Below, piece by piece: positions 42,720 to 56,630 of a stretch of DNA of 64,000 bases (positions are counted from its first letter, which is position 1; every line of letters begins with the position of its first letter). The DNA is from Eledone cirrhosa (Eukaryota), in the NCBI GenBank assembly GCA_964016885.1, contig OZ024742.1:163866001-163930000 (forward strand). The letters run 5' to 3'. A model generated the notes under the pieces. That model made no database searches, had not been told where the DNA came from, and saw only the letters and a list, made by a program, of their open reading frames with translations. A program made the translations under genes and the position numbers.

Positions 42720-45700
42720 ATTATCTTCCCTTGGCTGGCGGGAAATTATCTCCCCTTGGACGGCTGAAAATTATCTCCCCTTGGACGGCTGGAAATTATC
42801 TCCCCTTGATTTTTTTTACAAATTATCTCCCCCTGATTTTTTTTTACAAATTATCTCCCCCTGATTTTTTTTTACAAATTATCTCCCCCTGATTTTTTTT
42901 ACAAATTATCTCCCCCTGATTTTTTTTTACAAATTATCTCCCCCTGATTTTTTTACAAATTATCTCCCCTTGGCTGGCTGGAAATTATCTCCCCTTGGAG
43001 GCTGGAATTTATCTCCCCTTGGACGGCTAGAAATTACCTCTCCTTGGACGGCTGGAAAATATGTCTCCTTGGACGGCTGGATATTATCTACCCTTGGACG
43101 GCTGGAAATTATCTCCCCTTGGACGGCTGGAAATTATCTCCCCTTGGACGGCTAGATATTACCTCCCCTTGGACGGCTGGAAATTATCTCCCCTTGATTT
43201 TTTTTACAAATTATCTCCCCCTGATTTTTTTTTACGAATTATCTCCGCCTGATTTTTTTTTTAAAATTATCTCCCCTTGAACGGCTGGAAATTATCTCAC
43301 CTTGGACGGCTGGAAATTATCTCCCCTTGGACGGCTAGAAATTACCTCTCCTTGGACGGCTGAAAATTATCTCCCCTTGGACGGCTGCAAATTATCTCCC
43401 CTTGATTTTTTTAACAAATTATCTCCCCCTGATTTTTTTTTACAAATTATCTCCCCCTGATTTTTTTTTACAAATTATCTACGCCTAATTTTTTTTACAA
43501 ATTATCTCCCCCTGATTTTTTTTTACAAATTATCTCCCCCTGATTTTTTTTACAAATTATCTCCCCCTGATTTTTTTTTACAAATTATCTCCCCCTGATT
43601 TTTTTACAAATTATCTCCCCCTGATTTTTTTTACAATCTCCGCCTGATTTTTTTAAAAATTATCTTCCCTTGGCTGGCGGGAAATTATCTCCCCTTGGAC
43701 GGCTGGAAATTATATCCCCTTGGAAGGATGGAAATTATCTCCCCTTGGACGGCTGGAAATTATCTCCCCTTGGACGGCTGGAAATTATCTCCCCTTGGAC
43801 GGCTAGATATTACCTCCCCTTGGACGGCTGGAAATTATCTCCCCTTGATTTTTTTTACAAATTATCTCCCCCTGATTTTTTTTTACGAATTATCTCCCCC
43901 TGATTTTTTTTTACAAATTATCTCCGCCTGATTTTTTTTTAAAAATTATCTCCCCTTGAACGGCTGGAAATTATCTCCCCTTGGACGGCTGGAAATTATC
44001 TCCCCTTGGACGGCTAGAAATTACCTCTCCTTGGACGGCTGAAAATTATCTCCCCTTGGACGGCTGCAAATTATCTCCCCTTGATTTTTTTAACAAATTA
44101 TCTCCCCCTGATTTTTTTTTACAAATTATCTCCCCCTGATTTTTTTTTACAAATTATCTACGCCTAATTTTTTTTACAAATTATCTCCCCCTGATTTTTT
44201 TTTACAAATTATCTCCCCCTGATTTTTTTTACAAATTATCTCCCCCTGATTTTTTTTTACAAATTATCTCCCCCTGATTTTTTTACAAATTATCTCCCCC
44301 TGATTTTTTTTACAATCTCCGCCTGATTTTTTTAAAAATTATCTTCCCTTGGCTGGCGGGAAATTATCTCCCCTTGGACGGCTGAAAATTATCTCCCCTT
44401 GGACGGCTGGAAATTATCTCCCCTTGATTTTTTTTACAAATTATCTCCCCCTGATTTTTTTTTACAAATTATCTCCCCCTGATTTTTTTTTACAAATTAT
44501 CTCCCCCTGATTTTTTTTTACAAATTATCTCCCCCTGATTTTTTTTTACAAATTATCTCCCCCTGATTTTTTTACAAATTATCTCCCCTTGGCTGGCTGG
44601 AAATTATCTCCCCTTGGAGGCTGGAATTTATCTCCCCTTGGACGGCTAGAAATTACCTCTCCTTGGACGGCTGGAAAATATGTCTCCTTGGACGGCTGGA
44701 TATTATCTACCCTTGGACGGCTGGAAATTATCTCCCCTTGGACGGCTGGAAATTATCTCCCCTTGGACGGCTAGATATTACCTCCCCTTGGACGGCTGGA
44801 AATTATCTCCCCTTGATTTTTTTTACAAATTATCTCCCCCTGATTTTTTTTTACGAATTATCTCCGCCTGATTTTTTTTTTAAAATTATCTCCCCTTGAA
44901 CGGCTGGAAATTATCTCACCTTGGACGGCTGGAAATTATCTCCCCTTGGACGGCTAGAAATTACCTCTCCTTGGACGGCTGAAAATTATCTCCCCTTGGA
45001 CGGCTGCAAATTATCTCCCCTTGATTTTTTTAACAAATTATCTCCCCCTGATTTTTTTTTACAAATTATCTCCCCCTGATATTTTTTTACAAATTATCTA
45101 CGCCTAATTTTTTTTACAAATTATCTCCCCCTGATTTTTTTTTACAAATTATCTCCCCCTGATTTTTTTTACAAATTATCTCCCCCTGATTTTTTTTTAC
45201 AAATTATCTCCCCCTGATTTTTTTACAAATTATCTCCCCCTGATTTTTTTTACAATCTCCGCCTGATTTTTTTAAAAATTATCTTCCCTTGGCTGGCGGG
45301 AAATTATCTCCCCTTGGACGGCTGGAAATTATATCCCCTTGGAAGGATGGAAATTATCTCCCCTTGGACGGCTGGAAATTATCTCCCCTTGGACGGCTGG
45401 AAATTATCTCCCCTTGGACGGCTAGATATTACCTCCCCTTGGACGGCTGGAAATTATCTCCCCTTGATTTTTTTTACAAATTATCTCCCCCTGATTTTTT
45501 TTTACGAATTATCTCCCCCTGATTTTTTTTTACAAATTATCTCCGCCTGATTTTTTTTTAAAAATTATCTCCCCTTGAACGGCTGGAAATTATCTCCCCT
45601 TGGACGGCTGGAAATTATCTCCCCTTGGACGGCTAGAAATTACCTCTCCTTGGACGGCTGAAAATTATCTCCCCTTGGACGGCTGCAAATTATCTCCCCT

Positions 45701-46000
45701 TGATTTTTTTAACAAATTATCTCCCCCTGATTTTTTTTTACAAATTATCTCCCCCTGATTTTTTTTTACAAATTATCTACGCCTAATTTTTTTTACAAAT
45801 TATCTCCCCCTGATTTTTTTTTACAAATTATCTCCCCCTGATTTTTTTTACAAATTATCTCCCCCTGATTTTTTTTTACAAATTATCTCCCCCTGATTTT
45901 TTTACAAATTATCTCCCCCTGATTTTTTTTACAATCTCCGCCTGATTTTTTTAAAAATTATCTTCCCTTGGCTGGCGGGAAATTATCTCCCCTTGGACGG
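42720..46000. repeat. 1619-bp direct tandem duplication containing a nested ~679-bp duplication
   Basis: ORFs 42970/44589, 43670/45289 (1619); TTGGCTGGCGGG starts at 43670/44349 and 45289/45968 (679). Confidence 0.85.
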
Positions 46001-49000
46001 CTGGAAATTATATCCCCTTGGAAGGATGGAAATTATCTCCCCTTGGACGGCTGGAAATTATCTCCCCTTGGACGGCTGGAAATTACCTCCCCTTGGACAG
46101 CTGGAAATTATCTGCCCTTGATTTTGTTTTTACAAATTATCTCCCCCTGATTTTTTTTACAAATTATCTCCACCTGATTTTTTAAAAAATTATCTCCCCT
46201 TGGACGGCTGGAAATTATCTCCCCTTGATTTTTTTACAAATTATCTCCCCCTGATTTTTTTTACAAATTATCTCCCCCTGATTTTTTTTTTACAAATTAT
46301 CTCCCCCTGATTTTTTTACAAATTATCTCCCCCTGATTTTTTTTACAAATTATCTCCGCCTGATTTTTTTAAATATTATCTTCCCTTGGCTGGCGGGAAA
46401 TTATCTCCCCTTGGACGGCTGAAAATTATCTCCCCTTGGACGGCTGGAAATTATCTCCCCTTGATTTTTTTTACAAATTATCTCCCCCTGATTTTTTTTT
46501 ACAAATTATCTCCCCCTGATTTTTTTTTACAAATTATCTCCCCGATTTTTTTTTACAAATTATCTGCCCCTGATTTTTTTTACAAATTATCTCCCCCTGA
46601 TTTTTTTACAAATTATCTCCCCTTGGCTGGCTGGAAATTATCTCCCCTTGGAGGCTGGAATTTATCTCCCCTTGGACGGCTAGAAATTACCTCTCCTTGG
46701 ACGGCTGGAAAATATTTCTCCTTGGACGGCTGGATATTATCTACCCTTGGACGGGTGGAAATTATCTCCCCTTGGACGGCTGGAAATTATCTCCCCTTGG
46801 ACGGCTAGATATTACCTCCCCTTGGACGGCTGGAAATTATCTCCCCATGATTTTTTTTACAAATTATCTCCCCCTGATTTTTTTTTTACAAATTATCTCC
46901 CCCTGATTTTTTTACAAATTATCTCCCCCTGATTTTTTTTACAAATTATCTCCCCCTGATTTTTTTACAAATTATCTCCCCTTGGCTGGCTGGAAATTAT
47001 CTCCCCTTGGAGGCTGGAATTTATCTCCCCTTGGACGGCTGGAAATTATCTCTCATTGGACGGCTAGTAATTACCTCTCCTTGGACGGCTGGAAAATATG
47101 TCTCGTTGGAGGGCTGGAAATTATCTCCCCTTGGACGGCTGGAAATTATCTCCCCTTGGACGGCTGGAAATTATCTCTCCTTGGACGGCTAGAAATTACT
47201 TCTCCTTGGACGGCTGAAAATTATCTCTCCTTGGACGGCTGGAAATTATCTCCCCTTGGACGGCTAGATATTACCTCCCCTTGGACGGCTGGAAATTATC
47301 TCCCCTTGATTTTTTTTACAAATTATCTCCCCCTGATTTTTTTTACAAATTATCTACACCTGATTTTTTTACAAATTATCTCCCCCTGATTTTTTTTACA
47401 AATTATCTCCGCCTAATTTTTTTAAATATTATCTTCCCTTGGCTGGCGGGAAATTATCTCCCCTTGGACGGCTGAAAATTATCTCCCCTTGGACGGCTGG
47501 AAATTATCTCCCCTTGATTTTTTATACAAATTATCTCCCCCTGATTTTTTTTTACAAATTATCTCCCCCTGATTTTTTTTTACAAATTATCTCCCCCTGA
47601 TTTTTTTTACAAATTATCTCCCCTTGGCTGGCTGGAAATTATCTCCCCTTGGAGGCTGGAATTTATCTCCCCTTGGACGGCTAGAAATTACCTCTCCTTG
47701 GACGGCTGGAAAATATGTCCTTGGACGGCTGGATATTATCTACCCTTGGACGGCTGGAAATTATCTCCCCTTGGACGGCTGGAAATTATCTCCCCTTGGA
47801 CGGCTAGATATTACCTCCCCTTGGACGGCTGGAAATTATCTCCCCTTGATTTTTTTTACAAATTATCTCCCCCTGATTTTTTTTACAAATCTAATGATTT
47901 TTAAAAAAAATTATCTCCCCTTCGCTGGCTGGAAATTATCTCCCCTTCGCTGGCTGGAAATTATCTCCCCTTGGACGCTGGAAATTATAGCCCCTTGGAG
48001 GGCTGGAAATTATCTTCCCTTGGACGGCTGGAAATTATCTCCCCTTGGCTCGAAATTATCTCCCCTTGGACGGCTAGAAATTATCTCTCTTTGGACGGCT
48101 GGAAATTATCTCCCTTTGATTTTTTTTACAAATTATCTCCCCCTGATTTTTTTTACAAATCTCCCCCTGATTTTTTAAAAAAAATTATCTCCCCTTCGCT
48201 GGCTGGAAATTATCTCCCCTTGGACACTGGAAATTATAGCCCCTTGGAGGGCTGGAAATTATCTCCCCTTGGACGGCTAGAAATTACCTCTCATTGGACG
48301 GCTGAAAATTATCTCCCCTTGGACGGCTGGAAATTATCTCCCCTTGATTTTTTTTACAAATTATCTCCCCCTGATTTTTTTTTACAAATTATCTTCCCTT
48401 GGCTGGCTGGAAATTATCTCCCCTTGGAGGCTGGAATTTATCTCCCCTTGGACGGTTAGAAATTACCTCTCCTTGGACGGCTGGAATATATGTCTCCTTG
48501 GACGGCTGGAAATTATCGCCCCTTGGACGGCTGGAAATTATCTCCCCTTGGACGGCTAGAAATTACCTCTCCTTGGACGGCTGAAAATTATCTCCCCTTG
48601 GACGGCTGCAAATTATCTCCCCTTGATTTTTTAACAAATTATCTCCCCCTGATTTTTTTTTACAAATTATCTCCCCCTGATTTTTTTACAAATTATCTCC
48701 CCCTGATTTTTTTTACAATCTCCGCCTGATTTTTTTAAAAATTATCTTCCCTTGGCTGGCGGGAAATTATCTCCCCTTGGACGGCTGGAAATTATATCCC
48801 CTTGGAAGGATGGAAATTATCTCCCCTTGGACGGCTGGAAATTATCTCCCCTTGGACGGCTGGAAATTATCTCCCCTTGGACAGCTGGAAATTATCTGCC
48901 CTTGATTTTGTTTTTACAAATTATCTCCCCCTGATTTTTTTTACAAATTATCTCCACCTGATTTTTTAAAAAATTATCTCCCCTTGGACGGCTGGAAATT

Positions 49001-52000
49001 ATCTCCCCTTGATTTTTTTACAAATTATCTCCCCCTGATTTTTTTTACAAATTATCTCCCCCTGATTTTTTGTTACAAATTATCTCCCCCTGATTTTTTT
49101 ACAAATTATCTCCCCCTGATTTTTTTTACAAATTATCTCCGCCTGATTTTTTTAAATATTATCTTCCCTTGGCTGGCGGGAAATTATCTCCCCTTGGACG
49201 GCTGAAAATTATCTCCCCTTGGACGGCTGGAAATTATCTCCCCTTGATTTTTTTTACAAATTATCTCCCCCTGATTTTTTTTACAAATTATCTCCCCCTG
49301 ATTTTTTTTTACAAATTATCTCCCCCTGATTTTTTTTTACAAATTATCTCCCCCTGATTTTTTTTTACAAATTATCTCCCCCTGATTTTTTTACAAATTA
49401 TCTCCCCTTGGCTGGCTGGAAATTATCTCCCCTTGGAGGCTGGAATTTATCTCCCCTTGGACGGCTAGAAATTACCTCTCCTTGGACGGCTGGAAAATAT
49501 GTCTCCTTGGACGGCTGGATATTATCTACCCTTGGACGGCTGGAAATTATCTCCCCTTGGACGGCTGGAAATTATCTCCCCTTGGACGGCTAGATATTAC
49601 CTCCCCTTGGACGGCTGGAAATTATCTCCCCTTGATTTTTTTTACAAATTATCTCCCCCTGATTTTTTTTTACGAATTATCTCCCCCTGATTTTTTTTTA
49701 CAAATTATCTCCGCCTGATTTTTTTTTTAAAATTATCTCCCCTTGAACGGCTGGAAATTATCTCCCCTTGGACGGCTGGAAATTATCTCCCCTTGGACGG
49801 CTAGAAATTACCTCTCCTTGGACGGCTGAAAATTATCTCCCCTTGGACGGCTGCAAATTATCTCCCCTTGATTTTTTTAACAAATTATCTCCCCCTGATT
49901 TTTTTTTACAAATTATCTCCCCCTGATTTTTTTTTACAAATTATATACGCCTAATTTTTTTTACAAATTATCTCCCCCTGATTTTTTTTTACAAATTATC
50001 TCCCCCTGATTTTTTTTACAAATTATCTCCCCCTGATTTTTTTTTACAAATTATCTCCCCCTGATTTTTTTACAAATTATCTCCCCCTGATTTTTTTTAC
50101 AATCTCCGCCTGATTTTTTTAAAAATTATCTTCCCTTGGCTGGCGGGAAATTATCTCCCCTTGGACGGCTGGAAATTATATCCCCTTGGAAGGATGGAAA
50201 TTATCTCCCCTTGGACGGCTGGAAATTATCTCCCCTTGGACGGCTGGAAATTATCTCCCCTTGGACGGCTAGATATTACCTCCCCTTGGACGGCTGGAAA
50301 TTATCTCCCCTTGATTTTTTTTACAAATTATCTCCCCCTTATTTTTTTTTACGAATTATCTCCCCCTGATTTTTTTTTACAAATTATCTCCGCCTGATTT
50401 TTTTTTTTAAATTATCTCCCCTTGAACGGCTGGAAATTATCTCCCCTTGGACGGCTGGAAATTATCTCCCCTTGGACGGCTAGAAATTACCTCTCCTTGG
50501 ACGGCTGAAAATTATCTCCCCTTGGACGGCTGCAAATTATCTCCCCTTGATTTTTTTAACAAATTATCTCCCCCTGATTTTTTTTTACAAATTATCTCCC
50601 CCTGATTTTTTTTTACAAATTATCTACGCCTAATTTTTTTTACAAATTATCTCCCCCTGATTTTTTTTTACAAATTATCTCCCCCTGATTTTTTTTACAA
50701 ATTATCTCCCCCTGATTTTTTTTTACAAATTATCTCCCCCTGATTTTTTTACAAATTATCTCCCCCTGATTTTTTTTACAATCTCCGCCTGATTTTTTTA
50801 AAAATTATCTTCCCTTGGCTGGCGGGAAATTATCTCCCCTTGGACGGCTGGAAATTATATCCCCTTGGAAGGATGGAAATTATCTCCCCTTGGACGGCTG
50901 GAAATTATCTCCCCTTGGACGGCTGGAAATTACCTCCCCTTGGACAGCTGGAAATTATCTGCCCTTGATTTTGTTTTTACAAATTATCTCCCCCTGATTT
51001 TTTTTACAAATTATCTCCACCTGATTTTTTAAAAAATTATCTCCCCTTGGACGGCTGGAAATTATCTCCCCTTGATTTTTTTACAAATTATCTCCCCCTG
51101 ATTTTTTTTACAAATTATCTCCCCCTGATTTTTTTTTTACAAATTATCTCCCCCTGATTTTTTTACAAATTATCTCCCCCTGATTTTTTTTACAAATTAT
51201 CTCCGCCTGATTTTTTTAAATATTATCTTCCCTTGGCTGGCGGGAAATTATCTCCCCTTGGACGGCTGAAAATTATCTCCCCTTGGACGGCTGGAAATTA
51301 TCTCCCCTTGATTTTTTTTACAAATTATCTCCCCCTGATTTTTTTTTACAAATTATCTCCCCCTGATTTTTTTTTACAAATTATCTCCCCGATTTTTTTT
51401 TACAAATTATCTGCCCCTGATTTTTTTTACAAATTATCTCCCCCTGATTTTTTTACAAATTATCTCCCCTTGGCTGGCTGGAAATTATCTCCCCTTGGAG
51501 GCTGGAATTTATCTCCCCTTGGACGGCTAGAAATTACCTCTCCTTGGACGGCTGGAAAATATTTCTCCTTGGACGGCTGGATATTATCTACCCTTGGACG
51601 GGTGGAAATTATCTCCCCTTGGACGGCTGGAAATTATCTCCCCTTGGACGGCTAGATATTACCTCCCCTTGGACGGCTGGAAATTATCTCCCCATGATTT
51701 TTTTTACAAATTATCTCCCCCTGATTTTTTTTTTACAAATTATCTCCCCCTGATTTTTTTACAAATTATCTCCCCCTGATTTTTTTTACAAATTATCTCC
51801 CCCTGATTTTTTTACAAATTATCTCCCCTTGGCTGGCTGGAAATTATCTCCCCTTGGAGGCTGGAATTTATCTCCCCTTGGACGGCTGGAAATTATCTCT
51901 CATTGGACGGCTAGTAATTACCTCTCCTTGGACGGCTGGAAAATATGTCTCGTTGGAGGGCTGGAAATTATCTCCCCTTGGACGGCTGGAAATTATCTCC

Positions 52001-55000
52001 CCTTGGACGGCTGGAAATTATCTCTCCTTGGACGGCTAGAAATTACTTCTCCTTGGACGGCTGAAAATTATCTCTCCTTGGACGGCTGGAAATTATCTCC
52101 CCTTGGACGGCTAGATATTACCTCCCCTTGGACGGCTGGAAATTATCTCCCCTTGATTTTTTTTACAAATTATCTCCCCCTGATTTTTTTTACAAATTAT
52201 CTACACCTGATTTTTTTACAAATTATCTCCCCCTGATTTTTTTTACAAATTATCTCCGCCTAATTTTTTTAAATATTATCTTCCCTTGGCTGGCGGGAAA
52301 TTATCTCCCCTTGGACGGCTGAAAATTATCTCCCCTTGGACGGCTGGAAATTATCTCCCCTTGATTTTTTATACAAATTATCTCCCCCTGATTTTTTTTT
52401 ACAAATTATCTCCCCCTGATTTTTTTTTACAAATTATCTCCCCCTGATTTTTTTTACAAATTATCTCCCCTTGGCTGGCTGGAAATTATCTCCCCTTGGA
52501 GGCTGGAATTTATCTCCCCTTGGACGGCTAGAAATTACCTCTCCTTGGACGGCTGGAAAATATGTCCTTGGACGGCTGGATATTATCTACCCTTGGACGG
52601 CTGGAAATTATCTCCCCTTGGACGGCTGGAAATTATCTCCCCTTGGACGGCTAGATATTACCTCCCCTTGGACGGCTGGAAATTATCTCCCCTTGATTTT
52701 TTTTACAAATTATCTCCCCCTGATTTTTTTTACAAATCTAATGATTTTTAAAAAAAATTATCTCCCCTTCGCTGGCTGGAAATTATCTCCCCTTCGCTGG
52801 CTGGAAATTATCTCCCCTTGGACGCTGGAAATTATAGCCCCTTGGAGGGCTGGAAATTATCTTCCCTTGGACGGCTGGAAATTATCTCCCCTTGGCTCGA
52901 AATTATCTCCCCTTGGACGGCTAGAAATTATCTCTCTTTGGACGGCTGGAAATTATCTCCCTTTGATTTTTTTTACAAATTATCTCCCCCTGATTTTTTT
53001 TACAAATCTCCCCCTGATTTTTTAAAAAAAATTATCTCCCCTTCGCTGGCTGGAAATTATCTCCCCTTGGACACTGGAAATTATAGCCCCTTGGAGGGCT
53101 GGAAATTATCTCCCCTTGGACGGCTAGAAATTACCTCTCATTGGACGGCTGAAAATTATCTCCCCTTGGACGGCTGGAAATTATCTCCCCTTGATTTTTT
53201 TTACAAATTATCTCCCCCTGATTTTTTTTTACAAATTATCTTCCCTTGGCTGGCTGGAAATTATCTCCCCTTGGAGGCTGGAATTTATCTCCCCTTGGAC
53301 GGTTAGAAATTACCTCTCCTTGGACGGCTGGAATATATGTCTCCTTGGACGGCTGGAAATTATCGCCCCTTGGACGGCTGGAAATTATCTCCCCTTGGAC
53401 GGCTAGAAATTACCTCTCCTTGGACGGCTGAAAATTATCTCCCCTTGGACGGCTGCAAATTATCTCCCCTTGATTTTTTAACAAATTATCTCCCCCTGAT
53501 TTTTTTTTACAAATTATCTCCCCCTGATTTTTTTACAAATTATCTCCCCCTGATTTTTTTTACAATCTCCGCCTGATTTTTTTAAAAATTATCTTCCCTT
53601 GGCTGGCGGGAAATTATCTCCCCTTGGACGGCTGGAAATTATATCCCCTTGGAAGGATGGAAATTATCTCCCCTTGGACGGCTGGAAATTATCTCCCCTT
53701 GGACGGCTGGAAATTATCTCCCCTTGGACAGCTGGAAATTATCTGCCCTTGATTTTGTTTTTACAAATTATCTCCCCCTGATTTTTTTTACAAATTATCT
53801 CCACCTGATTTTTTAAAAAATTATCTCCCCTTGGACGGCTGGAAATTATCTCCCCTTGATTTTTTTACAAATTATCTCCCCCTGATTTTTTTTACAAATT
53901 ATCTCCCCCTGATTTTTTGTTACAAATTATCTCCCCCTGATTTTTTTACAAATTATCTCCCCCTGATTTTTTTTACAAATTATCTCCGCCTGATTTTTTT
54001 AAATATTATCTTCCCTTGGCTGGCGGGAAATTATCTCCCCTTGGACGGCTGAAAATTATCTCCCCTTGGACGGCTGGAAATTATCTCCCCTTGATTTTTT
54101 TTACAAATTATCTCCCCCTGATTTTTTTTACAAATTATCTCCCCCTGATTTTTTTTTACAAATTATCTCCCCCTGATTTTTTTTTACAAATTATCTCCCC
54201 CTGATTTTTTTTTACAAATTATCTCCCCCTGATTTTTTTACAAATTATCTCCCCTTGGCTGGCTGGAAATTATCTCCCCTTGGAGGCTGGAATTTATCTC
54301 CCCTTGGACGGCTAGAAATTACCTCTCCTTGGACGGCTGGAAAATATGTCTCCTTGGACGGCTGGATATTATCTACCCTTGGACGGCTGGAAATTATCTC
54401 CCCTTGGACGGCTGGAAATTATCTCCCCTTGGACGGCTAGATATTACCTCCCCTTGGACGGCTGGAAATTATCTCCCCTTGATTTTTTTTACAAATTATC
54501 TCCCCCTGATTTTTTTTTACGAATTATCTCCCCCTGATTTTTTTTTACAAATTATCTCCGCCTGATTTTTTTTTTAAAATTATCTCCCCTTGAACGGCTG
54601 GAAATTATCTCCCCTTGGACGGCTGGAAATTATCTCCCCTTGGACGGCTAGAAATTACCTCTCCTTGGACGGCTGAAAATTATCTCCCCTTGGACGGCTG
54701 CAAATTATCTCCCCTTGATTTTTTTAACAAATTATCTCCCCCTGATTTTTTTTTACAAATTATCTCCCCCTGATTTTTTTTTACAAATTATATACGCCTA
54801 ATTTTTTTTACAAATTATCTCCCCCTGATTTTTTTTTACAAATTATCTCCCCCTGATTTTTTTTACAAATTATCTCCCCCTGATTTTTTTTTACAAATTA
54901 TCTCCCCCTGATTTTTTTACAAATTATCTCCCCCTGATTTTTTTTACAATCTCCGCCTGATTTTTTTAAAAATTATCTTCCCTTGGCTGGCGGGAAATTA

Positions 55001-56630
55001 TCTCCCCTTGGACGGCTGGAAATTATATCCCCTTGGAAGGATGGAAATTATCTCCCCTTGGACGGCTGGAAATTATCTCCCCTTGGACGGCTGGAAATTA
55101 TCTCCCCTTGGACGGCTAGATATTACCTCCCCTTGGACGGCTGGAAATTATCTCCCCTTGATTTTTTTTACAAATTATCTCCCCCTTATTTTTTTTTACG
55201 AATTATCTCCCCCTGATTTTTTTTTACAAATTATCTCCGCCTGATTTTTTTTTTTAAATTATCTCCCCTTGAACGGCTGGAAATTATCTCCCCTTGGACG
55301 GCTGGAAATTATCTCCCCTTGGACGGCTAGAAATTACCTCTCCTTGGACGGCTGAAAATTATCTCCCCTTGGACGGCTGCAAATTATCTCCCCTTGATTT
55401 TTTTAACAAATTATCTCCCCCTGATTTTTTTTTACAAATTATCTCCCCCTGATTTTTTTTTACAAATTATCTACGCCTAATTTTTTTTACAAATTATCTC
55501 CCCCTGATTTTTTTTTACAAATTATCTCCCCCTGATTTTTTTTACAAATTATCTCCCCCTGATTTTTTTTTACAAATTATCTCCCCCTGATTTTTTTACA
55601 AATTATCTCCCCCTGATTTTTTTTACAATCTCCGCCTGATTTTTTTAAAAATTATCTTCCCTTGGCTGGCGGGAAATTATCTCCCCTTGGACGGCTGGAA
55701 ATTATATCCCCTTGGAAGGATGGAAATTATCTCCCCTTGGACGGCTGGAAATTATCTCCCCTTGGACGGCTGGAAATTACCTCCCCTTGGACAGCTGGAA
55801 ATTATCTGCCCTTGATTTTGTTTTTACAAATTATCTCCCCCTGATTTTTTTTACAAATTATCTCCACCTGATTTTTTAAAAAATTATCTCCCCTTGGACG
55901 GCTGGAAATTATCTCCCCTTGATTTTTTTACAAATTATCTCCCCCTGATTTTTTTTACAAATTATCTCCCCCTGATTTTTTTTTTACAAATTATCTCCCC
56001 CTGATTTTTTTACAAATTATCTCCCCCTGATTTTTTTTACAAATTATCTCCGCCTGATTTTTTTAAATATTATCTTCCCTTGGCTGGCGGGAAATTATCT
56101 CCCCTTGGACGGCTGAAAATTATCTCCCCTTGGACGGCTGGAAATTATCTCCCCTTGATTTTTTTTACAAATTATCTCCCCCTGATTTTTTTTTACAAAT
56201 TATCTCCCCCTGATTTTTTTTTACAAATTATCTCCCCGATTTTTTTTTACAAATTATCTGCCCCTGATTTTTTTTACAAATTATCTCCCCCTGATTTTTT
56301 TACAAATTATCTCCCCTTGGCTGGCTGGAAATTATCTCCCCTTGGAGGCTGGAATTTATCTCCCCTTGGACGGCTAGAAATTACCTCTCCTTGGACGGCT
56401 GGAAAATATTTCTCCTTGGACGGCTGGATATTATCTACCCTTGGACGGGTGGAAATTATCTCCCCTTGGACGGCTGGAAATTATCTCCCCTTGGACGGCT
56501 AGATATTACCTCCCCTTGGACGGCTGGAAATTATCTCCCCATGATTTTTTTTACAAATTATCTCCCCCTGATTTTTTTTTTACAAATTATCTCCCCCTGA
56601 TTTTTTTACAAATTATCTCCCCCTGATTTT
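44350..56630. repeat. 4847-bp higher-order repeat, ~2.5 near-identical copies
   Basis: ORF triplets 45289/50136/54983, 45968/50815/55662, 46386/51233/56080 and pairs 46982/51829, 47624/52471, 48752/53599, 49408/54255, all at exactly 4847. Confidence 0.93.
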
